DNA of 64,000 nucleotides, from positions 333,643 to 397,642 of the forward strand of contig NW_005434663.1 in assembly GCF_000315625.1 (NCBI RefSeq), in the 5' to 3' direction. A program made the position numbers and the translations under genes. The stretch is from Guillardia theta CCMP2712 (Eukaryota; Protista; Cryptophyta). Shown one piece after another: positions 1 through 10,650 of the stretch (the first letter of the stretch is position 1; every line of letters begins with the position of its first letter). The notes under the pieces are model-generated. The model saw nothing but the letters and a program-made list of their open reading frames with translations, was not told the DNA's origin and searched no databases.

Positions 1-3000
1 TGGATGGGGAGGAGGAGGAGGAGAGTGAGGCGAGAGAGGGAGAGGGATAAGGAGGAGGATGATAACGGGAGAAGAAGAGGAGGAGGACGTGGAGGATGAC
101 AGAATGATCACGTTAGAGACTTGTGGCGAGCGAACCCGAGGAGGCTCCAGAGGCAGAATGTGAGGAGATTCATCCCTTGAGCCGCCACGTCAGAAGCCTC
201 CGCCCTCCTCTCAACCTCCTCACCCGCGTTGAAGAACCAAACTTGCATGGTGTACTCGGTGACTGAGCCCTTGAACTAGAGCAGCGGCAGTTCAGATCAA
301 GAGGACGTTGGAGGATGTACCTTGACATTGTACCCTCCCAGATGCATGTTCTCCGGAAGATGCACTTTCCTCATGAATCTGCGACCAGGTGTCAGGTTTC
401 AGATGGGAGAGGGAGGGAGAGAGGGGGGAAGAGGGAGGGAGGGCGATGGGGAGGGAGGGAGAGGGAGCGCCAGGGAGAGGAAGGGAGAGAGAGAGGGAGG
501 GCAGGGGGGAGGGAGAGGAACGGAGGGAGAGGGAGAGGGAAGGGAGAGGAAGGAAGAGGAAGGGAGAGGTGTAGACATACCTGATGAAGAGCCATGGTTC
601 GAGAAGGCCGACAGTGCAGACGGAGAGGATGGCGACAAGATATCGCTCGTAGCTCAAGTCGCACTCACCTCTGTAGACGTTGAAGACAGCCTGTGAGAAG
701 AAGCACACGTAAGAGGGGAGGAAGTGAGGAAGAGGGAGGGGGGAAGGGAGGGAGGGAGGGAGGGAGGGAGGGAGGGAGGGAGGGAGGGGAGGGAGGGAGG
801 GGAGGGAGGGAGGGAGGGGAGGAAATTCAGGAAAGGGAGCGGAGGTAGTGAATAGGAGGGCTGTCATGCCTTTCGCCGCATGCATTCGAATCGAAGCACT
901 TCGCCCTGGGAGGTGTAGGGAGGGATAAGCATCTCCCTTGACTTGAGAACGTCGAGCATCGCGCTAGTTCCTGCAGCAGGTCTCAACGAGCTTCTTGGCA
1001 GCAGCTGAGGACCTGGCAAGGCTTCCTGTTGGGGGGCAGGTGACGGCCAGCGATTTAGTGGGGAGCAGAGTGAAGGAGAGATGAGAAGTTGGAGGAGAGG
1101 TGAGAAGGTGGAGGAGAGGTGAGAAGGTGGAGGAGAGGTGAGAAGGAAGCGGAGGGGAGAAGGAGAGATCGAGATGGTCGGACCTGCTTCTTCGTCATCG
1201 TTGTCGACACGGCCATTCCTTCTCCTCGTCATGTTTCGGCCACCACCAACAGCAGACGCACCAGTCAGAGCTCGCTGGACTGACGTCTTGTCTGCTGTCC
1301 TCCCATCAACTCGGACGATCACATCCCCAACCAGCAGCTGCCCTGTAGCTCACATCACATCAGGGAGGAAGCAGACTGGTCATGGTCGACACCGCTCTCT
1401 GCCGCTGATCCTCCCTCAACGATGTACTTCACCTCGCAAGATTTGCTGCTCTCCTGCCAGCTCGTTCAAACTTCACAACCCACTCGCACTCTCAAGGCGG
1501 GAGGTCGAGCTACCACGTCGGGGTCTTCGTCCACAGCGAGGATAAGGCCAAGGGTGGAGACTGAGTTGTCAGCCCAGCAGATGTTCTCGTCAAACCACTG
1601 GGCCTCCTTGAAAGCTGCGTCTGAGCAGACCCTGTGAAGACCTAAGGTGGTGATGAACAGGATGAAGTTCTTGAGCCACAGCCTGCCGAACTCTCCCTCC
1701 CGCAACCCGCTCCTCCCCTTGAACTTGGGCTGCTTGTTCAGCCACAGGGATCGCTCGATCCGCTGCCGGGCGATGGCGACTTTGACCCAGGGCTTGAAGA
1801 GGAGAGGGAGGGAGGAGAGAATCATGAGGTAGCCCGAGAGGGTTTCTTTGGTGAGGAGGAGGACGATGAGGGTGATGAGACCGGCGGGAGGGAATATTTC
1901 GACGACGAGGTTCGACACGGTGAGGACGATGTCTTGTCTGACCGCGTTGTGATGGAACTTGAGAAGCATCGTCCTATCCGCGAACGTGGGGAGTTTGGAG
2001 CTCTTGCTCTTCTTCTCCACCTGCAGCTCGAAGATCCTCTCGTTGAAGTACGAGGTCGATGCAGCGACTCCTTGCGTCACGGTCCCGTCCCTGCTCATCA
2101 GCTTCTGCGTCAGCTTCTTGCTCCCCAGCACGTTCTGGAGGTGCTTGTCGTGGATAGCGTGCTGCAGGTCGAGGCTCGCTTGCTCGAGATGCCGCGACCG
2201 GATCTCCTTCTTCTGGTCGATGGTGCACAGCCGCTCGAGCTCTACCGCCTGGTTGTTGGCGATCTCGAGGGTCCGGATGAAGTTGTTGTAGGCAGCGTTC
2301 TTGAGCGTCAGCTCCCAAGTCCTCGCCTCCTCTTCCGTGTCTGCCAGCACCACGATGCTCCTCGCGTCCACCGTCCCTCGGATCCAGATGGCGTACGGCT
2401 CGAAGACTACAGGCCGTCCGTCGAAGTAGGTGCTCAAGGAGCTGGCCAGTCTGCGGGCAGAGAGTGAGGGAGGAGAGGAGAGAGCGTCTGGACGTCAGGT
2501 GGCAATAGAGGGGGATGGTCCAGTCTAACCTCTTCTTCTTCGCCTTCGTCGTGTTGGCTTTGACCGAGTTGGTTCCCTTCTTGCTGACGTACTCGAGAGA
2601 CGAGATGACGGAGACATTCATCTCCTTGTTCTTCTTCTTCCTCTTCGACTTGGCCGGCAAATCTGAAGTTGTCGTCATTGCCACGTCATCATCATCATCA
2701 TCATCATCTTCAGCTGCAATCTCTGCTACACACCGGCGTTGGCAATTGGTATCTGAATGTCAAGAATCTCGTTGTCGTTGTCATTCTTCTCTTTTGTCCC
2801 CATCAGCGACAGCCATGATCGCACATAACGGCTACCTGCCTCTTCCACCTTCTTCAGTGCTTGAACCCGCTTCAGCCTCCCTCGCAGTCTCGAAACGAAC
2901 ACTTTGCTGTACTGGAACTCATCGTACACCCTATCATCGCCCTTGTTCCCCATCTCTCTGCTCAACACACAAGACAGTCAGCACGATCATCATGGATTCA

Positions 3001-4705
3001 CACTCCCATCACTTTTCGCCAGCAGTGGTAGGCATAAGAGCTTGCTTTGCGAACTTGACCAGGTCGCCTTTGGTACCATCCTGCAGCAGCATGAGGGGAG
3101 AGCAGAGCAGTTGTCTTCCAGGGCGACCTGTCGGTCACACTCGATGTCTGAAATCTCCTTGAGCTGATTTACTAAAGTTTCAACCTCCGCAAGGTGCATG
3201 ATCCGAAGTCTGTCAGGCAACAACATCAGTACATAACCTTCTCTACATGCTTGTACCACCGTTGCGAAGGGGAGAACTCTGACCAAACTTGCCCGTTCTT
3301 TTCCAAGTCATCCACCTTGCACAGAGTTTCTTCACACCGGCAGCAGCGCTTGCACTCACTCTTACCAGGTTGTACCAGATGCGCTGGTCCAACTTCGCCT
3401 GCCTCTCCTCAACAAGCTGCTCCATCGTCTCCTCGTCCAGCATCTCATCCTCGTCTACCTCTGCATCGATCTCTTTCACCCGGTGCGCACATATCGACCG
3501 CAGCTTCTGCATCCAGTCAAGCCTGTCCCAGGACACTTCTTTGTCTCCAAGAGCATTCAGCTCGTTTGCCACCTTCCTCCTAAAGTTTGGATCCGTGTCC
3601 ATTACTTTCAGCCTCGCCGCCTCCACGATGGCCACTCGCAAGCTCTCCTTCTCATCACCCCCCACCACTATGTGATCTTCAGAGTACACCCCATCCCCGT
3701 CCGACGTCGAGCCCTCCAGGTCCCTGAACAAGAGACTCCAGTCCTCCCTCATCCCAGCAGGAATCTGTTCCAACTTCATCGGCTCCAGCCGGACTATATC
3801 CGCCATGCCCAGCATGATCTTCCAGTTCCTCTTCCCTCGCACGTTGATGTCGTAGGACCAGGTCAGCTTCTGCGCTTGCGTATCTAGTAGGAAATATCGT
3901 TCCTTCCAGAACTGAGGGTCCCTTGTAGACTGTACCTTCAGCCATCCTTTCTTTTGTAGCGCATACCCCTGCCTCTCCTCCTCTGCCTGGATCTCGTTCC
4001 TGGTCTTCAGCGTCGACCGCTCCCATCGATCGTGACTTCCTGGTCGTGCTGCAAAGTGGCTTCAACAGAAGATTCACCCAATCACTTGCTCTCTCACCAT
4101 CGCCTATCACCCTCATGGTTCCTGGAGCAAAGTTCCTGTATGTGTTTCTCACGTCCAGCTCCTGCAGTTCAGTAGAGCATGAGAATGCTGAGTTTGATGG
4201 TTACAGTTGTGTAGGTGCTGTCCTGGTTGTAGTGGCTATGGTTATGTTGTTGGTGATGATGGTGATGGTGATGGTGATGGTGTTGGTGTTGGTGTTGGTG
4301 ATGGTGCTGGTGGTGGTGATGGTGGTGGTGTTGGGGATGGTGCTGGTGGTGGTGATGGTGGTGGTGTTGGGGATGGTGATGTCGACGATGAAAATAATGT
4401 TGATATGATATGATATGATGGTGATGAAACATCGAAGGATGATGATGCCGACAACAGAGATGACTATGATAACAATCTTTCGAGGAGAGATACCATCTGC
4501 GTCCTCTCATTTCCGTGCCTGTTCTCCTGCGCATGAAACGCCTGTTCCAGGGAGCCTTCTTATTAGTATTCCATGCAGAGATTTCGCAAACTCAACATAC
4601 AGGAACGAGCCTGCGATAGATGGCAGCGATGTACTCGTCATCGATGTTCCTCTTGGTCTCGTCGTCACGATAGAGCTCCAGCTTCTTCCTCTTCCCTCCC
4701 TCCAT
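1..4705 (-). CDS. Multi-exon protein with two PH domains and C-terminal YjgN/DUF898-like membrane repeats (3' end probably runs off the window)
   Basis: ATG at 4705 (MEGGKRKKLELYRDD). PH1 at about 3640-3960: KKGWLKVQSTRDPQFWKERYFLLDTQAQKLTW. PH2 at about 2290-2590: DWTIPLYCHL...SIVVLADTEEEARTWELTLK. DUF898-like segments: FKPWVKVAIARQRIERSLWLNKQPKFKG...GEFGRLWLKNFILFITTLGL, YLVAILSVCTVGLLEPWLFIR, HLPENMHLGGYNVK|FKGSVTEYTMQVWFFNA. GT-AG introns. Could be two genes. Confidence 0.6.
4245..4385. repeat. (GGT/GAT)n low-complexity intronic microsatellite
   Basis: Runs of ggtgat/ggtgtt/ggtggt; source of the spurious poly-His and poly-Val ORFs. Confidence 0.85.
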
Positions 4706-4953
4706 GTCGCTCTGACCCATCGATGACGCTGGTGGCGTCGACATGGTCCCTGGTTGAAAAATCCAGACAGAGACGGAGGTGGTTCTCCGATTGGGGTCAC
4801 TACCCGTACTTAATAGTGGTTTCAGATGGGTAGGGGTATATCAAAGTAGGGGGTACTGTGATCAAGTTTGACAGCCATCAAACCCGAAAATGAAAACATC
4901 AGGGGGAGGAGAGTGGGAGCGAGGAGCGGGAGGATAGTTGGGGCAGAGAGGAT

Positions 4954-5541
4954 GGAGGAGAGGAGCACAAGTGATAGCAAGGAGCAAGAGGGAGGAGAGG
5001 AGTACAAGTGATAGCAAGGAGCAAGAGGGAGGAGAGGAGCACAAGTGATAGCAAGGAGCAAGAGGGAGGAGAGGAGCACAAGTGATAGCAAGGAGCAAGA
5101 GGGAGGAGAGGAGCACAAGTGATAGCAAGGAGCAAGAGGGAGGAGAGGAGCACAAGTGATAGCAAGGAGCAAGAGGGAGGAGAGGAGCACAAGTGATAGC
5201 AAGGAGCAAGAGGGAGGAGAGGAGCACAAGTGATAGCAAGGAGCAAGAGGGAGGAGAGGAGCACAAGTGATAGCAAGGAGCAAGAGGGAGGAGAGGAGCA
5301 CAAGTGATAGCAAGGAGCAAGAGGGAGGAGAGGAGCACAAGTGATAGCAAGGAGCAAGAGGGAGGAGAGGAGCACAAGTGATAGCAAGGAGCAAGAGGGA
5401 GGAGAGGAGCACAAGTGATAGCAAGGAGCAAGAGGGAGGAGAGGAGCACAAGTGATAGCAAGGAGCAAGAGGGAGGAGAGGAGCACAAGTGATAGCAAGG
5501 AGCAAGAGGGAGGAGAGGAGTACAAGTGATAGCAAGGAGCA
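4954..5541. repeat. 37-bp tandem minisatellite, about 16 copies
   Basis: Unit AGGAGCACAAGTGATAGCAAGGAGCAAGAGGGAGGAG starts at 4961, 4998, ... 5516. The 2nd and last copies carry a C>T change. No spacers. Confidence 0.95.
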
Positions 5542-5637
5542 GAAGGTTTTACGTAGCCCAAAGTTGTGTGACGAAGCCCTTTCTGAATCCCCTCCCCCGT
5601 ATGCTGCAGGACCCTAAAGGATCTTTGTGATTTTGCA

Positions 5638-8600
5638 ATGAGGCCTTCGGCTAGGATGCTTCTCTTGTTCGTCTCCTTGATCTGCTTTCAAGACCACTTC
5701 AGCTCTGCGAGGAGACGTCAAAGTGATCCTTTCCTGTCTGTTCTCCTCTCCGCTCTAACGTCTTGTCAAGGTCACGAAGAGCTGCTAGGAAGGATACGAG
5801 AGCAGAAGACCGATTATTTCCAGATCCATTCCATCCTCAGCGAGTTGCATAGCCGGCAGCCTGTCTACCTGACTTCATTTCTAAGGGATCACATTGAAGA
5901 GATGGCGAAGTACTATCATGGACATGCTATGCAGGTGCCTCCCGATCGACTCTGCATGGACTGACATCTGTCGCCAGACTGCTTGCGAGCATTATGGAGA
6001 GATCCCTGAGAAGGCGGAGGCGATTCATTTTGACATGTACCATGCTCGACAGATAGAAGGAGTGAGTCTTGAAGGACATGCGAGCAAGGGCGGTTATTAT
6101 CCTGCAAGGTGCTGGCAAGCCACGTGAGCAGGATCAGAGAAGAGACGAGCAGGGGAGAGCTGCAGACGATAGTGGTTACTGACGGGGAGGACACGCTGGA
6201 TGTCGGAGATGTTGGGACCTGGTCTGCTGGTTAAGATTCTTCCACTGATTCCTTGATGCCTCCAAGTGAAATACCTTCAGGGCTGGGAATGAGCAAGGCG
6301 ATGATGCACGCTGCCATGGCAGGGTTTCATCCGAAGGCCATCCTCTGCGTCGTACTTGGTGACGTGTCAAGCTCGGATGACGTGTCGATGGAGATGCTGA
6401 TGGTGGTGGAGGAGGAGAATGTGGTTGAACAGGATGTGGTGGTGGTAGTGGTGGTGCTCACGATGATGATGATGACGACGGCGGTGATGATCATAATGAT
6501 TCTGACAATTGTGTATTTGCATCTCTCAGACTCTGGCACTGACAACGAGCGGTTGAGAGGCCATTCTCACTATCGTGGGAACGCACACAGACGGTTTCGA
6601 GATAGCTCTTGTCTTTGCTTTTGCCTCTGCAGATTCTCCAGTGCCATTCCAATCCCCTTTTCCTCTCCCCCCCCTCTCTCTCTTCCCCTTGCCCCTCCCT
6701 TTCATCTCCCTCCCCTTCCTTTGGTTCCTCTGCCTCCTTCTTTTTCTCGTGTCACTCGGATCGCTGGCTGCAGACGTCGAGGGGAGGAGATCGCCTTTCT
6801 GTGGCACGAGCTCTTGCGAGCTCTGAGAACTTTGACACCCAACGTGCTCATTCACATCGACTGTCCGAACCCTGGCAGCAGGTGTCTGCGGTCTTGCCCG
6901 CGGAGGTTGGGAGGTGACGCAGCTTTGTCAAGCATCATGCAAGTCATCGAGGAACATTCCAAGTCCTCTCCGGTCTTCAACGACGGGCTGGATGGTCGAG
7001 CGACGATAGTAGCAACCAGGCCCAGCAGTTGTGTCACGCTGATACATCTGTCAGGTCCTGTCTGCTATTCTTGCAATGACGAGGGTCCGATCGAGCGATA
7101 ACAAGGATTTTCATATGGACCATGTTGATCTCTTGTATGCGATGTTTGCTGTTAGAGTAATCCTGATGAAGGTTTGGAAGCCGCCAGTGCCGATGATGAT
7201 GAAGGATGTGTACTTGTTGTATGGTGAACTACTGCTGTTGTACATCTGGTGAAAGTGAAAGCCTGAAAAGGCCCTCGACATCTCATCGAGCACATCGCAA
7301 ACTTGCTGGGTGAGATCTGATGCTCAGCTTACATCCATGTCATGTGGTTTGAGTTTGTTGTTGCAGTCTTCACGCTTGAGAGCATCGGGGTTCCGACTCC
7401 GATGGCGATGAAGGTAACGGTCAGTTGTGCATCTGTGAGGAGCTAAGGCATGAACAGGGCATTTGGCTGATGGATCCAAAGATGGTCCCGAATGATTGTT
7501 TGCTTCACCTCTGACCATCTCGCACAAAAGGGACTTTACACCCTTGAAGACAGGCATCACTACGTAAGGAGTGTGCTACGTTAGCATTAGAAGGTGATTG
7601 AAGTTGGCAGAAATCAAAGTTCAGAAAGCCCCTGCCGGCGAGACTGAGAGGTTGGTTGTCAAGGACAACTTCTCTACACGAGCTCAAAAGCTCATCATGC
7701 TTGCTAGGACTCCATCGAAATGTGTCAACAGTCGTGGAGGTCTGTGAACTCCGTGGGAACAGAGGAGGAGACATTTCTGACATGTGACAAAGGGGATCCG
7801 AGCGACGATCTTGATCGGAGCCTCGGGGATCAGGTCAGTGCAAGCATTGCGATGCTTCCAAATTGTATGACGAGAGGGGATGGAAGGGGAGCGTTCGATC
7901 GGGATGTGCTGCGAATCTTGCACAAGAACCATGAGAGGTGTGTATCTTATTTGTTTTGGTTGCGAATGCTTGCTTCCTTCTGCCTTCAACAATCTCCGAG
8001 AGTGAAAACCACTCTTCATCTTCAAGGCCCGGCATTATCGTCCTCTCCAACACTCAGGGGAAGGCTGAGTGTTCGTCAGCGGATACTTGGCATCATACGA
8101 CAGGTCGGAGATTGTTACCCCTGCTTGCTTTCCCTTGTTTCTTTCTTTCTGCTCGCCTTCCTCTCCATCTCCTGCTCTCCTGTCGTTCGCTCCTCCCATG
8201 CCCCTCTCCTCCGCTTCTCCCGCCCTCCCCACCCCTGCTCTCCTCCGCTACTTCGTACCTTCATCTCGTCTGCTCTGTGAACTCCTCCTCCTCGTCTTGT
8301 CCTGTGGTCGGCCCAACTCCAGTCATCTCCTCCCAGGCAACGGCAAGACCCTCTACGTGGGAGGAGACGACCCTCTGCCGTATCGTCCACTCGGCTATGA
8401 AGGAGTCGCTCTCATCCCGTCGAGGGTGAGGAGCGATTGCTGAGATCGATGGATCCATCCATCATGAGAGCGGCACTGACATCACTTTGACATCTGTGTT
8501 GAGCTGTCTGTGTCATGACACGTGTGGAACTATCTTCTCATCTTCAGACCACCTTGACATCATGTGTTGATGACTCTCAGACTTGTTCGATGATGATGCT

Positions 8601-10600
8601 GAACTGGTCTCAACAATGTCGGCAGGCGACCTCTCTGTTTGTCTATCCAGGAATCTCGCTGGCGACTTTCGGTGAAGTCACGCAAGGTCGTTGATGTGGG
8701 AGTGAAGGTTCTTGCAGCTGCTGGCATCTCGAGCATTACTCCCAGCATGTTGCAGGTGATTGCAGATCTTGTTATCACTTCGTCTTCTTCTTTCATCTTT
8801 ACTTTGTTGCACTTTGTATTTTGTTTCTCGCATCTTGGCTCAGGTCGCTGCTGAAACTTTAGCTCGCATGGCATCGATCGGTACGTCCAAGATCAAGTAA
8901 GATAACAGATCTGATGCTCGTGCCATCAACAGATGAAATCTCTTACGGGAGTCTGTTTCCTCGCCTGTCTCTGCTCAAAGACATCTCAGGTAGAAGAGAC
9001 GGCAGGACAAGACATGAAAACATGAGAGATGAAGATCATCATGGTCATTTTCACTTTGACTTGTCGCAGTAAGGATCGCTGCGGAAATCATCAGGGTAGC
9101 ACAGAAGGAGCAGGTCTGAAGGAGGACAAGTTGCAAACCGTCGCTGCTGACGTACAAGCGCAGAAGACAAACAAGGTCGTTCCGGAAGGATACAAAGAGC
9201 TTCTCAGCTTCCTACAAGTGGGATCGGGTTTTCAGACCCATCGCTGCGATTCTCACGCCCGATGCAGAGCTTGCAAGACCTGGATGCTGATGACGAGCTT
9301 GTATCGTCGTACAGGTGAGAGTTCGACATCTCCCCGTGTCTCATGAAGGTGTCGCAGCTGGCAGGAGGGTGAGAAGGTGGAAGTCAAGGTCGGAGGAGAG
9401 GAAGGAGCCTTCCTCGCTGGAGCAGGAGGTCTGACGGTGATGATGGCGAGAAGGGGGAAGACGCGACAAGTGACATGATTGCAGAAGAGGATCGAACTGT
9501 GAGACGTCGACCTCCTGTACTGAGTAGTGCAGCTTTGACAAGATGAGCATGATATTCGAAATGAAACAATCTTCTGACCGACTACCGAAACGAGATGGAG
9601 GGACGTGGGATGAATGCAACCTGCTTGAGGGAGCGACATTCCACCCTCCCTCCCCTGGCGAAGGTTGACGAGGTGAGTATGGTAGCACCTGGGCAGCCCG
9701 AGGATGGAGGATCTCGATGGAGCGAGTACGAGAGAGCAATCCCCCCAGACAAGTGAGGAGGCAATGTTCCGAAGAAGGCGACAAGACTTGGAGTCCGTGA
9801 CCCTGCTCAAGATACGTAAAATGATGTTCCGAAGAAGGCGGACGCCCGATCACGATACCTCGAGCCCCCAATACGTCACGATTCGGCGAGGAGACGCACA
9901 TGCGCCTGCTTCGTCCCAAGAAGACTAAACTTGGAGTCCGTGACCCTGCTTTCCCCCGGCTTCTCGACGACTCAAGATCCTTCTCGATCTCAGCAGGCAG
10001 CAGGCATGGAGCAGAAAAGAAGCTCTTATGGAGTCTGCTTGCGAGATATGTGAGGTCTCGGGGCTGACCGATCTGATATGGAGGCTTTTCGGATCTCAGG
10101 TCCCTTCATAGCCCCCTCGTCGTCTCCTTGCGTCACCCTCGCTGTCCGCCGCTCAGCCCGACACCATGTGCTCTGCTCGTCCGCGATCCTCCCGGTCCTG
10201 CTCCTGCTCGTCCCGCGCTCCCTGCCCCTCTTGTTCCTCTGCATCTCCGGACGCCATGAGCTCTCCTCCCCGGCGCCTCTCGGACAGCGACCCGCCTGCG
10301 TCGCCCTCGTCGCACTTGTCCTGCTCCTGCTCCTCTGCCTCTCCCTGCTCCTCTTGTTCCTCGGTCTCTCCCTGCTCCTCTTTGTCCTTGTCCTCGTCCC
10401 CTCCTCCTGTCTGCTCCCTCAAGGCCCTCCAGCTCGCCCGCCTCCGCGCCGCCATCGCCTACATCGAGCGCCTCCAGCGCCTCCACGGCGGCAGCGTCGA
10501 CGGGGAGCGTCTGCCTTGCGTGATCCGACGGGACGAGGCGGCGAGAAGGGAGGAGGAGGGGGGATGTGATAGAGTCGAGGATACAAGTAAACTACGATAA
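5638..10600 (+). CDS. Divergent malic enzyme-like protein (probable pseudoenzyme) with N-terminal signal peptide and unrelated C-terminal extension
   Basis: Spliced exons follow the ME sequence in order: IEEMAKYYHGHAMQTACEHYG; IVVTDGEDTLDVGDVGTWSAGLGMSK; SGTDNERL; NVLIHIDC; VFNDGLDGRATIVLSAILA; GIWLMDPK; GAFDRDVLRILHKNHERPGIIVLSNTQGKAECS; LFVYPGISLA; AAETLA; GSLFPRLSLLKDIS. The ME domain ends near 9220. The 3' end of the gene is uncertain. Confidence 0.8.
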
Positions 10601-10650
10601 GCCAAGCAGACGAGTCAACTTGAGTCAGTGACGGGAAAGTCAGTGACGGG
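7485..10650. repeat. Tandem segmental duplication, copy 1 (3166 bp)
   Basis: Sequence and ORFs recur at an offset of 3166 (7505/10671, 9253/12419) and of 3226 after a 60-bp indel (10026/13252). Confidence 0.95.

Noticed and set aside
4046-4534. Poly-His, poly-Val and extensin-like ORFs
   Set aside because: Translations of an intronic microsatellite.
4954-5541. CRISPR-like array, or a repeat protein (ORFs in three minus frames)
   Set aside because: The 37-bp units are contiguous with no unique spacers and no cas genes. The ORFs are just stop-free readings of the repeat.
6160-6200. vWA-like motif IVVTDGED
   Set aside because: Flanking exons show it is the malic enzyme VVTDGER motif.
10420-10490. 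bHLH helix-2-like peptide LRAAIAYIERLQ in the tail of the ME-like gene (also at about 13650-13715)
   Set aside because: No basic region or helix 1 could be found in adjacent exons; too short to call.
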